64,000 nucleotides of DNA. It comes from Candidatus Doudnabacteria bacterium. GTDB lineage: Bacteria; Patescibacteriota; Doudnabacteria; UBA920. The notes below the pieces were generated by a model. The model saw only the letters and a list, made by a program, of their open reading frames with translations, was not told where the DNA came from and did not search any database. The position numbers were made by a program, and so were the translations under genes. Location of the stretch: contig JAEUSF010000004.1 in NCBI GenBank assembly GCA_016788665.1, forward strand, positions 29,407 through 93,406, given 5' to 3'. Positions within the stretch are counted from its first letter, which is position 1. Every line of letters starts with the position of its first letter. Of the stretch, positions 19,115 through 27,706 are shown in pieces.

Positions 19115-19966
19115 TTACGGCAACGCCAGCTGAAACAACCTCTTCGCATTCTCGGTTGTTAGTCGTTCAACCTCTTCAAACGGCAAACCCTTTACCTGAG
19201 CCAAGTACTCTGCCACGTGGCGGACGAAAGAAGGCTCATTTTTTTTGCCTCTGTGGGGAACAGGTGTTAGGTAAGGACAATCTGTTTCCAAGATTATATG
19301 ATCCACTGGAGTCATTTTAACCAACTTTTCCATGTTTCCGGTCTTATCAAAAGTTATTATACCATTAAAGGAAACATAGGCACCTCTGTCTAAAAATTGG
19401 CTTAAAGCCTCTGGGCTGCCAGTAAAACTGTGGACTTCGAAGCGTAAACCTTGCACTCCTTCTGTATCTAAAATATTTATAAGATCCGTAAACAGCTCTT
19501 CATTGCCTTTTTCTGGCCGACTATGAATAACTAAAGTTTTGTTAAGTTCCTTGGCTAATTTAAACTGCAAAGTAAACGCCGCTTTTTGCTTTTCTTTAAT
19601 CCGAGCATGGAGTGACTTATCTTCAGGTAACCGATAATAGTCGAGTCCACACTCCCCTATGCCAACCACTTTTTCGTCTTGAGCAAGCTTTTTATATTCG
19701 TCGTAGTTAAAAGTTTCTTCGCGCGACCTAAAACTAGTTTCTTCTTCATCTACATACTGCGAGTGAGTATGTTCAGGGTGAAGTCCCACTACAGCGTAGA
19801 CTCCGCTTTCAAACTGTTTGGCTAACTCTACCGCTTGTTTTGACGTGTCTATTTGGGAGCCTACGTTTATAACCTTTACGCCCGCGTCCAAAGCCCGCTG
19901 CAAAGTTTCCTTAGCGTCGTTCTCAAAACTTTTAAAATTTACATGGGCGTGAGTGTCTATGAGCAT
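19115..19966 (-). CDS. tatD: TatD-family metal-dependent hydrolase
   Basis: MLIDTHAHVNF start with conserved His/Glu/Asp ligands; 283 aa. Confidence 0.85.
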   Translation of the reverse strand: MLIDTHAHVNFKSFENDAKETLQRALDAGVKVINVGSQIDTSKQAVELAKQFESGVYAVVGLHPEHTHSQYVDEEETSFRSREETFNYDEYKKLAQDEKVVGIGECGLDYYRLPEDKSLHARIKEKQKAAFTLQFKLAKELNKTLVIHSRPEKGNEELFTDLINILDTEGVQGLRFEVHSFTGSPEALSQFLDRGAYVSFNGIITFDKTGNMEKLVKMTPVDHIILETDCPYLTPVPHRGKKNEPSFVRHVAEYLAQVKGLPFEEVERLTTENAKRLFQLALP

Positions 19967-20082
19967 GAAATTAAGAAGTAAGAATTAGGAAGTAAGAATC
20001 AAGCAAAAATCACACTTGATTTTTTAGTAAATGATAGTAAAATAACCTAAACGCCATTTTGGTGTAATAACAAGGAGCGAGC

Positions 20083-20250
20083 ATGATTACCGACGACCAG
20101 ACGATTGCAAAGGCCATCAAGGCCGGAAGACTTCCGGCCACAACTCCCGATCCGTTCAAAAAATCAGACCTTACGAACAACCCGCCGCCACCCGATCGCC
20201 CCGCACAACTTGAACCCAACCATTGGCGAACCAAAGCCAAATCGTCGTAA
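20083..20250 (+). CDS. Small Pro-rich hypothetical ORF (55 aa) with its own Shine-Dalgarno and terminator, between tatD and metG
   Basis: AAGGAG 6 nt upstream of the ATG at 20083; TAA at 20248-20250; a G/C hairpin plus T-run follows immediately. GC-rich compared with the flanks. Confidence 0.3.
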   Translation: MITDDQTIAKAIKAGRLPATTPDPFKKSDLTNNPPPPDRPAQLEPNHWRTKAKSS

Positions 20251-20255
20251 CCTCC

Positions 20256-20286
20256 GCCGCTGCCTGCAAACGCAGCGGTCTTTTTT
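20256..20286 (+). terminator. Rho-independent terminator CCGCTGC-ctgcaaac-GCAGCGG + TCTTTTTT
   Basis: Perfect 7-bp G/C stem followed by a T-run. Confidence 0.6.
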
Positions 20287-20291
20287 ATCTA

Positions 20292-20329
20292 GCATTTACT
20301 CCAATACTAGATAGTATTGGAGTAAATGC
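20292..20329. repeat. 38-bp near-perfect palindrome (18-bp arms, 2-nt spacer) abutting the metG stop
   Basis: GCATTTACTCCAATACTA-ga-TAGTATTGGAGTAAATGC. Confidence 0.6.
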
Positions 20330-20333
20330 ACTA

Positions 20334-21758
20334 TTATTGAACACGAGGGAAAAGCGGCTCGGCTTTGGTTATTTTTTCTTTTTTTAAATGTTCTAAAATC
20401 TTTCTGCTTACTTCTGGCATAAACGGTTGTAAATGAGTAGACGTAGTAACCAAACAAGAAAGAATCTGCGTAGAAATTTCTTCAAACTTTTTTACGTCAG
20501 TCTTACCAAGTTCCCATAACTTGTTTTCGTCTACAGCCTTGTTGCCCCAGGCAACCCATTCCCACATTTTTGCCAAGGCTTCATGGAATTTATAATTTTC
20601 TATCAACTCATCAATATTATCAGATGTTTTCCAAAGCTGCGCTTCACCAATGACAAGTGACGGACTGTATTTTTCCACTAAAGTTGTAATACGACTAAGC
20701 AAATTACCAAGCCCATTAGCTAAGTCGCCGCTATACCGCAATTTCAGCTTTTCCTCACTTATATCACCATCCTGTCCAAACGGAACTTCTCGGAGCAGAA
20801 AATACCTTACTACATCTGGCCCATACTTAGTTGCCCACTCAATTGGGTCTATGACATTGCCTATAGTTTTGCTAATTTTTTGGCCATCTATGGTAAAGAA
20901 GCCATGCGCAAACACTTTTTTCGGGACTTTTTCGCCAATAGCCAGCAAAAGAGCAGGCCAAATTACACAGTGGAATTTTATAATATCCTTTCCTACCAAA
21001 TGCATATCGACCGGCCAGTATTTATTAAATTTTTCAGTGTCGGTTCCGTACCCCACTGCTGTACAGTAATTAAAAAGCTCATCTAACCAAACATAAATTG
21101 TTTGGCTTTCGTCCCACGGCAGGGGCAAAGCAAACTTTGCATTTTGCCTTGATATGGCTATATCTTCCAAGCCCTGATCTATAAAAGACAGAATTTCATT
21201 TTTTCTCTCTTCAGGCGCGACTACCAACTCTAAACTTAAGATTTTTTCTTTCAAAATTGGTCCGTATTCGGACAACTTAAAGAACCAATTCTTTTCCTTA
21301 ACCATTTCCGGCTTAGTCTTGTGGTCGGGGCATACACCGTTTACTAACTCGGATTCTTTTATAAAAGCTTCATGCCCAATACAATAAAGCCCTTCGTACT
21401 CACCCTCGTAGATTTTCCCTGAGTCTTTTAGCTTTAAAAAGAATTTATTTACAGCTTCAGCATGCCTTTTCTCAGTTGTGCGAATAAAATCATTATTAGT
21501 AATTTGTAATACATCCCATGCCGTAGAAAACTTAGCAGACATTTCGTCAGCAAAGCTTTGAGGGTCTTTACCTGCCTTCTCAGCACTGGTTGCAATTTTA
21601 CTTCCATGCTCAGCGGTACCTGCCAAAAAAAATGTGTCGACACCCTTATTGCGATAATACCGCGCCAGAACATCTGCAGCTATGGTTGTATAAGCCGAAC
21701 CAATATGGGGCTTATCGTTTATATAGTAAATAGGGGTGGTAATATAAAATTTTTCCAT
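20334..21758 (-). CDS. metG: Methionyl-tRNA synthetase (short form, no C-terminal tRNA-binding extension)
   Basis: YYINDKPHIGSAYTT, then HIGH and KMSKS-class motifs; 474 aa. Confidence 0.9.
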   Translation of the reverse strand: MEKFYITTPIYYINDKPHIGSAYTTIAADVLARYYRNKGVDTFFLAGTAEHGSKIATSAEKAGKDPQSFADEMSAKFSTAWDVLQITNNDFIRTTEKRHAEAVNKFFLKLKDSGKIYEGEYEGLYCIGHEAFIKESELVNGVCPDHKTKPEMVKEKNWFFKLSEYGPILKEKILSLELVVAPEERKNEILSFIDQGLEDIAISRQNAKFALPLPWDESQTIYVWLDELFNYCTAVGYGTDTEKFNKYWPVDMHLVGKDIIKFHCVIWPALLLAIGEKVPKKVFAHGFFTIDGQKISKTIGNVIDPIEWATKYGPDVVRYFLLREVPFGQDGDISEEKLKLRYSGDLANGLGNLLSRITTLVEKYSPSLVIGEAQLWKTSDNIDELIENYKFHEALAKMWEWVAWGNKAVDENKLWELGKTDVKKFEEISTQILSCLVTTSTHLQPFMPEVSRKILEHLKKEKITKAEPLFPRVQ

Positions 21759-21819
21759 TCAGATTTTTATAAGCAAAAAAATAAAAAAGGCTATTTCTAG
21801 CCTTATTATTATACAGTTT

Positions 21820-22869
21820 TTAAGTTTTTATCTCAACTTCAGGTTTTTTGGCACTTAGAAATTCGTTTACTACCACGGTTATAGCACTCACTAAGGGAAC
21901 GGCAATAAGGAGCCCTATAATCCCTGCCAATTTATAACCAATAAGCAAGGCAAGTAAAACCGCCAGGGGCGAAGTACCGACAGTCTTTTCCATAATTTTA
22001 GGAACCAAAACAAAGCCTTCCGTTTTTTGAATAAGTAAATACATAAAGGCGACAACTATAGCCAGGGGCGGGCTATAAATAAAAGCAATAATAACCGCAG
22101 GAACGGCAGATAAAAAAGGACCGATATACGGCATTACTTCCAACAGCCCTGCCAAAAGCGCAAGCAAAAGAGCGTTCGCCAACAAAGGATTTCCACCTTC
22201 GCTTCTAAATATAAGGCCTATCGCGACAAGACCTATGAGAGTCAAAACAAAAATAAAAAAACTCAAAATTACCTGGCCCAAAACCCACAAGCCCATTTTA
22301 CGCTGAATTTTCTCGAGTAGCGCCATGGTGAATTCGTGATGATGCTCAGGCAGAAGCGTAGCAATAAACTTTTTCATACCCTGCTCTTCCGCAACCAAAT
22401 AAAATGAAATAACCAATACGGTTATAAAAGTAAAAACTCCGCTGAAAACTCCGAAAGTTCCACTAACTACGGTACTAGAACCATTATCAGAGATAAAATT
22501 CTGTATTCGTTCCGGGGAAATAAAATTTTCTACAAACCCACTGCCAAAGCGTGCGCTTAGTTGTGCTACATACTCGGGCAAATTTGCCTGCAATATCTTA
22601 AATTGCTCTACTACCGGAGGTATTACCAAATAAATAACCAATCCTGCCAACCCTAACACCAACAAATAAACAGTCAAAACACTTACAGCCCGCGGAATTT
22701 TACGCTCACTAAAATAGTCGACCATTGGGTCCATGGCGGAAGCCAAAATTAATGCTAAAAGTAAAATAACAATTATATCGCGGACAACCCACAAAAACGC
22801 CAATACAAGCACAGCAAAAACAACTTTTAAAATTACCTGGGTAGTTTTGTCTAATTCCTTAAAAGTCAT
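21820..22869 (-). CDS. AI-2E family transporter (PerM/UPF0118)
   Basis: 349 aa with 8 TM; N- and C-terminal topology typical of AI-2E. Confidence 0.55.
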   Translation of the reverse strand: MTFKELDKTTQVILKVVFAVLVLAFLWVVRDIIVILLLALILASAMDPMVDYFSERKIPRAVSVLTVYLLVLGLAGLVIYLVIPPVVEQFKILQANLPEYVAQLSARFGSGFVENFISPERIQNFISDNGSSTVVSGTFGVFSGVFTFITVLVISFYLVAEEQGMKKFIATLLPEHHHEFTMALLEKIQRKMGLWVLGQVILSFFIFVLTLIGLVAIGLIFRSEGGNPLLANALLLALLAGLLEVMPYIGPFLSAVPAVIIAFIYSPPLAIVVAFMYLLIQKTEGFVLVPKIMEKTVGTSPLAVLLALLIGYKLAGIIGLLIAVPLVSAITVVVNEFLSAKKPEVEIKT

Positions 22870-22944
22870 ATTTTACAAAAAAATTTTATTGGGCTTTTTT
22901 GCTAGTCTTATTTCTACAACCCCAGAAAACCAAAGTCGCCTCTT

Positions 22945-23169
22945 TTAAAAAGGCGACTGTTCTTCTAGAGCTAAAAGTTTCTTTGCTTCTTCTATTCTTG
23001 TATCCAATTTTTTTATTTCATCAAAACAGTAGGCTTTTATTTGTTCGCGTAAAAATTCTGTTAATCCTTCAGCCTTTAAGTCGCGGATTAAAATCTGCTT
23101 AATGGTTTCATCCAAAGCGGACTGCTCCACTAAATAAATTATATTGTCTAAATTTGCCTGATCTTGCAT
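22945..23169 (-). CDS. Hypothetical small protein (74 aa)
   Basis: Start overlaps the stop of the upstream 43-aa ORF (TAATG); AAGAGGAGG Shine-Dalgarno. Confidence 0.35.
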   Translation of the reverse strand: MQDQANLDNIIYLVEQSALDETIKQILIRDLKAEGLTEFLREQIKAYCFDEIKKLDTRIEEAKKLLALEEQSPF

Positions 23170-23300
23170 TAGTTTCCGGCCTCCTCTTTAGAGCCCAAAG
23201 CATATAAGAGCTTTTCTAGACTTTCTTTTTTTAAAGTATCTGCCTGTAACTCAGCCCTGACCGCTTCCAAACTAACTTCCGGATGTGCAATTTTTTCCAT
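23169..23300 (-). CDS. Hypothetical small protein (43 aa), 4 nt downstream of nfo
   Basis: ATG at 23298-23300 on the minus strand, translation MEKIAHPEVSLEAVRAELQ...; translationally coupled to the next ORF. Below the ORF-track size cutoff. Confidence 0.25.
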   Translation of the reverse strand: MEKIAHPEVSLEAVRAELQADTLKKESLEKLLYALGSKEEAGN

Positions 23301-23304
23301 ATTT

Positions 23305-24192
23305 TTATATTTTTTCCCGTAATTTTTTTAAAATTTTAATATCTTCTTTGACTTTATCATGCTCGGTTTCTAAAATCAAGGGAAAGCTGGATTTGTTTTG
23401 AAATTTGTAATTTGAAATTAGAAATTTCATAAAAGCAGAGAAGCCTTTCTCCCCAATCTCTCCTTCACCAATATGCTCATGCCTGTCTTTGCGGCCTCCC
23501 AACGGAACTTTCGAGTCATTTACATGAGACATTTTAAGCCATTTTAGACCAATTGCCTTGTCAAACTTTTTAAAGGTCTCAGCCGCGGTTTTAGGAGTCC
23601 TAAAGTCATACCCACCAGAAAAAGCATGCTGAGTGTCAAAACAGATACCTCCAAAAGATTTATACTTCAAAAGTGGCTCCATAAGTTCAGCCAGTTCTTC
23701 GAATGTATCACCTATAACCTCACCGGCACCTGCTGCTATTTCCAAAAGAAATTTAGTTTTTATAATTTTTGCCGAGGCTTCGTACTTATTGAGCACCGCA
23801 ATAAAACCTTTTTTCGCCTGCTCCATACCCTTTTCCTGACCCAAGTCCTTAAAACTACCCATGTGGATCATAAGTAAACTTGCCCCCAAAGAATTTGCTC
23901 GAACAAGCTCTTCTGAAACAACGGAAATAGACCCATGGAACGTTGTTTTTTTGGCAGACCCAAAATTCACAATATAGGGCGCATGAACCACAAACTCCGA
24001 AAATTTATACTTCTCCATTTCGGACTTAAACCTCTCTATATCTGCCTCTAAAATTTTAGGTGCAGGCCCTCCCATAGGAGGTCTAGTAAAAATCTGAAAA
24101 ATTTCACACTCGAGGTCTGCCGCATTTTTTGGGGCATTCCAAACCCCACCGGCAGCACTCACATGACAACCTATTTTAAACATATTCTCCAT
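23305..24192 (-). CDS. nfo: Endonuclease IV (AP endonuclease, TIM barrel)
   Basis: Conserved His/Glu/Asp metal ligands and the C-terminal PLILET motif; 295 aa. Contains a 7-aa ISNYKFQ stretch encoded by the dispersed repeat. Confidence 0.85.
   Translation of the reverse strand: MENMFKIGCHVSAAGGVWNAPKNAADLECEIFQIFTRPPMGGPAPKILEADIERFKSEMEKYKFSEFVVHAPYIVNFGSAKKTTFHGSISVVSEELVRANSLGASLLMIHMGSFKDLGQEKGMEQAKKGFIAVLNKYEASAKIIKTKFLLEIAAGAGEVIGDTFEELAELMEPLLKYKSFGGICFDTQHAFSGGYDFRTPKTAAETFKKFDKAIGLKWLKMSHVNDSKVPLGGRKDRHEHIGEGEIGEKGFSAFMKFLISNYKFQNKSSFPLILETEHDKVKEDIKILKKLREKI
23396..23427. repeat. Dispersed AT-rich repeat copy inside nfo (encodes ISNYKFQ)
   Basis: ttttgaaatttgtaatttgaaattagaaattt. 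Confidence 0.5.
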
Positions 24193-24643
24193 TTTCCAAA
24201 TATATTGAAATATTTTTTCTTATTGCATTAATACTCTTTTTAACCCTACTTTTTAAATTTGTATTCAAGTGAGCTTCTAGCTCATTTTCCTTTACAAATT
24301 TGAAACCTAAAAGTTCTGACTCTTGGATTACGATTTTCGCAATATCTTCTTCGGTTAAAGTCCCTCCATCAAAAAGAAATTGCACTGCTTCACCCTCTTT
24401 TGAACTGCAGTAGTCTACACAAATCAGCCTAAAACTAGAAATTATAAGGCCAATCTCTTCCTCCACCTCCCGCCTGCAGGCTGTTTTAGGCGACTCGTGG
24501 TCTTCCACACTCCCGCCGGGCAATATCCAGCCTTCTTTATAACTTGGCTTAACCAACAAAATCTCTCCGCGAACGTTAAAAAACAACGCGCCCGCTCCCA
24601 TTCTTTTTTTTGCCAACGAGTCCAAATAAGCTTGTCTGTCCAT
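24176..24643 (-). CDS. Nudix hydrolase
   Basis: Nudix box GGSVEDHESPKTACRREVEEEIGL. Confidence 0.7.
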   Translation of the reverse strand: MDRQAYLDSLAKKRMGAGALFFNVRGEILLVKPSYKEGWILPGGSVEDHESPKTACRREVEEEIGLIISSFRLICVDYCSSKEGEAVQFLFDGGTLTEEDIAKIVIQESELLGFKFVKENELEAHLNTNLKSRVKKSINAIRKNISIYLENGEYV

Positions 24644-24649
24644 ATATTC

Positions 24650-25918
24650 TTACCGCTTCAAAAGCTTTTTAAATATTTCGCTATTTTTATACGGTCCAAT
24701 AACTGCTAAAGACATTTTATTTTCCGTAAACAACTCATTTGCCACCTCTTGTATGTCTTTTGCCGTTACCTTGTCTATGCGCCTAAATACTTCTTCAGGA
24801 TTTTCGACTTTAGGAAAGAAAGCATTTCTTTCCAAATACCAATCAAGTCTAACCTGGTTGTCTTCCAACGCCAAAGTTGTCTTGCCTTTTATGTATTCCT
24901 TTGCTTTTTTTATTTCCTTCGCTTCTACAGGCATTGTTTTAATTTTTTCCAGTTCTTGCTTTATTATTTTTATAGCTTCCTCAATTTTTATTGTCTGCAC
25001 TCCTGCCCTTATAGAAAAGACACCTGTGTCCTGATAGTTACTGTTTGAAGCACTAACATAGTATGCAAGCCCCCTTCTTTCCCTAACTTCCAAAAACAAC
25101 CTGCTCGACATTCCACCGCCCAATATTGCGGACAACACAGAAATAGCGGCGTTCTTTTTGTGGCCATACCCAAAAGATTTAAACCCAAAAGACAAATGAG
25201 CCTGTTCCGTAGCTTTATATTTAACTTCCAACCTGGGAGTTTCTTGTCTGTCTGTCACCTTTGCCCATTTCTGGTGGTTTTTATAAGGATAGTTTAGCCA
25301 ATACTTTTTTACCAATCGCTCAAACAACTTTTTGTCATATTTACCAGAGATCCCCAAAATCATGTTGGGTGTTTGGTAGTTTCGGTCAATGTAGTCCAAA
25401 AACATGTCCCGGGTAAAAGCAGTCACAGTTTCTTTACTACCTGCAATGTCACAGCCCAAGGCGTCTTTTGGCCACATAAGTTTTTCCAAAATATTTTCCA
25501 CCTCATACATAGGGGTGTCCTTGTACATATTTATTTCTTCAACAATTACGCCCTTTTCCCGTTCCAATTCATCCGGGTCTAAAAGAGGGTGCTGAACCAT
25601 GTCGGTAAGCACCTCAAAAATTAGTTCCAGATGCTTACTAGCTGCTTTAATAAAATATTGCGTATGCTCTTTGCCTGTATTGGCATTCATTTCACCGCCT
25701 ATAGAGTCTATAAGCGAGGAAATAGAAAGAGCGGACGGATATTTAGTCGTCCCTTTAAATAAAAAGTGCTCCAAAAAATGACTTATACCATTTTCTTTTT
25801 GCGACTCGCTTCGAGATCCAGTTTTAACAAAAAAATCCACCACCACGCTTTCAGAATCCGAAGAAGGGACTTCTACTATTATCAGCTTATTTTTTAAAAC
25901 TCTTTTTGTATGTTTCAT
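24650..25918 (-). CDS. M16-family zinc peptidase (insulinase-like)
   Basis: Inverted zinc motif HFLEH...E; 422 aa. Confidence 0.8.
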   Translation of the reverse strand: MKHTKRVLKNKLIIVEVPSSDSESVVVDFFVKTGSRSESQKENGISHFLEHFLFKGTTKYPSALSISSLIDSIGGEMNANTGKEHTQYFIKAASKHLELIFEVLTDMVQHPLLDPDELEREKGVIVEEINMYKDTPMYEVENILEKLMWPKDALGCDIAGSKETVTAFTRDMFLDYIDRNYQTPNMILGISGKYDKKLFERLVKKYWLNYPYKNHQKWAKVTDRQETPRLEVKYKATEQAHLSFGFKSFGYGHKKNAAISVLSAILGGGMSSRLFLEVRERRGLAYYVSASNSNYQDTGVFSIRAGVQTIKIEEAIKIIKQELEKIKTMPVEAKEIKKAKEYIKGKTTLALEDNQVRLDWYLERNAFFPKVENPEEVFRRIDKVTAKDIQEVANELFTENKMSLAVIGPYKNSEIFKKLLKR

Positions 25919-25930
25919 TACTTTCCTTTC

Positions 25931-27010
25931 TTAAAGAATATTATACTTTATTTCTGTCGGCACTTGAATAAATTTATTAACCTTGTTATTTTCCAAATAA
26001 ACCAAATCCTCAATCCGCACACCGCCTTTTTTTGGCATATATACACCGGGTTCAATACTAAATACCATACCATTTTCCAACAAATCTTTTGAATTCGGGG
26101 AAAGGTTGGGAAGCTCATGAATCTCAAGTCCTGTTCCATGCCCTAAACTGTGAATAAAAAATTGGTCTAACTTTTTTTCGGCCAAAATTTCCACAGACTT
26201 TTTATACACTCGGTCACCGGTAACAATATGAGTCTTACCGCCACCCTGCGACATCCCCCTGTCAATATAACGAATAGACTCCGAGTAAGCTCTTTCAACC
26301 TGATTATAAGCCTCTTCCATTTTCCTATTGGCTTTTTTTATAAAGACAGTCCGAGTAAAATCACTGCAATAATTTTTATATTTAAAACCAAAATCCAGTA
26401 TTATAGTTTCCCCTGCTTTTAACTCTTTATTGTCGGGCACATGATGTGGAATTGCGGCGTTAACTCCGCTTGCAACAATGGGCGGGAAAGAAACACTTTC
26501 GGCTCCAAGTCTCAAACCTGCATTTTTAATAAAGTGCGCGAGTTTAATTTCAGTCATGCCTGGCTTCACAATTTCTCTTTTTACGAGAATAAAGACCTTT
26601 TCTACAATTTGCATAGACTTTTTTACAAGTCTTATCTCGCCTAGCTCTTTTACCTGTCTCATTTCGTCGGCCTTGCTCCTTGCTGGCAGAATTTTGCATT
26701 TGAAATTTGATATTTGAAATTTACTCTTCAAATACTCTCCTTCTCCATACGTGAAGTCATAGCCGATATAAAGCTCCTTACAACCCTTTAAGTATTGTGC
26801 AATATTTTTTAAGCGGTCAACTTTTTTCACCCAAGTAATTTTTTCAAGACCGCCTCCAAAAGCGACGATATTATTTTTTGTGACCAATAAAAAATCATCT
26901 CCCTGCAAAGCCAAAGGCCTGCCTGTCAAATAAAACAGGCTCTCTTTTTTCTTTATAAGAATAGGGTTTGAAAGGGATTTTTGAAGGTTTTTAAGACGAT
27001 TTGAATACAT
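25931..27010 (-). CDS. pepP: M24-family Xaa-Pro aminopeptidase/prolidase
   Basis: HSLGHGTGLEIHE, ...IEPGVY..., GGVRIEDLV metal-ligand motifs; 359 aa. Confidence 0.8.
   Translation of the reverse strand: MYSNRLKNLQKSLSNPILIKKKESLFYLTGRPLALQGDDFLLVTKNNIVAFGGGLEKITWVKKVDRLKNIAQYLKGCKELYIGYDFTYGEGEYLKSKFQISNFKCKILPARSKADEMRQVKELGEIRLVKKSMQIVEKVFILVKREIVKPGMTEIKLAHFIKNAGLRLGAESVSFPPIVASGVNAAIPHHVPDNKELKAGETIILDFGFKYKNYCSDFTRTVFIKKANRKMEEAYNQVERAYSESIRYIDRGMSQGGGKTHIVTGDRVYKKSVEILAEKKLDQFFIHSLGHGTGLEIHELPNLSPNSKDLLENGMVFSIEPGVYMPKKGGVRIEDLVYLENNKVNKFIQVPTEIKYNIL
26698..26722. repeat. Dispersed AT-rich repeat copy inside pepP (encodes KFQISNFK)
   Basis: atttgaaatttgatatttgaaattt. Confidence 0.5.
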
Positions 27011-27066
27011 ATTCTGTTTTTACTGAAAATCAGTGCTTAGCAGATCAATATTTATATACTACATTA

Positions 27067-27210
27067 CACCTCCCATCGCGTATGCGACGGACTCCTCCTA
27101 AGTGGAGGGGAATCCCTATGCATCCAGTAACCTCGGCAGTACTCTCCTCCTTATAGGAGGAGAGTACTCTACGTAAGGAGAGGGAGGTGGTTCAAACTTA
27201 AACAATATAC
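27067..27210. repeat. Composite hairpin-array module, left copy (A cgcgtatgcgacg; B CCTCCtaagtGGAGG; C palindrome AGTACTCTCCTCC-ttatagg-AGGAGAGTACT; D GGGAGGTGGT..CAAACTTA)
   Basis: B-C-D recur in the same order at 27591-27706, and A recurs inverted at 27663-27685. Confidence 0.7.
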
Positions 27211-27551
27211 TTTTTAATCTCTTCCACGACTCCATTTAAATTATTTAAAACTTCCACATTCTGAAAACGAATAATTTTTATATTTTGATTAAAAATATAT
27301 TCAGTTCTTGTTTTGTCGTACTCCTGTGCTTTTGAGTTATTATGGGTTTCTCCATCTAATTCTATTCCCAAACTGTTACCGTGACAATAAAAATCAATAA
27401 TATAAGCCCCGACTCCATACTGCCTGCGAAATTTCACCCCCAACTTGCTATTCTTTAGCTGATTCCATAATAGTATTTCTGGCAAACCTAAATTATTCCG
27501 AAGTTCTTTCCTTCTTCGTTTATATTTCGGATTGTTGAAAATGTAATCCAT
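27198..27551 (-). CDS. DUF559 (Vsr/restriction-endonuclease-like fold) domain protein
   Basis: LLWNQLKN..LGVKFRRQY.VGAYIIDFYC....LGIELDGETH matches the DUF559 signature; 117 aa, flanked by repeat modules. Confidence 0.75.
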   Translation of the reverse strand: MDYIFNNPKYKRRRKELRNNLGLPEILLWNQLKNSKLGVKFRRQYGVGAYIIDFYCHGNSLGIELDGETHNNSKAQEYDKTRTEYIFNQNIKIIRFQNVEVLNNLNGVVEEIKKYIV

Positions 27552-27564
27552 AAATATATTATTA

Positions 27565-27706
27565 CCGCCCCACGATGCTGTTGCATCGCACCCCTCCTAA
27601 AAGGAGGGGAATACTACGGTCGTCCCACCAAAGGTGGGACTCTCCTCCTTATAGGAGGAGTACGTCGCATACGCGACGGGAGGTGGTATACAAACTTACA
27701 TCAACT
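27565..27706. repeat. Composite hairpin-array module, right copy (four tandem G/C hairpins: CGATGC-tgtt-GCATCG; CCCCTCC-taaaa-GGAGGGG; GTCCCACC-aaa-GGTGGGAC; CTCCTCC-ttatagg-AGGAGG; then CGTCGC-atac-GCGACG and GGGAGGTGGT..CAAACTTA)
   Basis: Direct repeat of the 27091-27210 module; it forms the 3' UTR of glyQS. Confidence 0.7.

Noticed and set aside
20010-20314. Track ORFs 20010-20240(-) and 20105-20314(+)
   Set aside because: Neither has an RBS or terminator. The overlapping 20083-20250 (+) frame has both a perfect SD and an immediate rho-independent terminator, so it is preferred.
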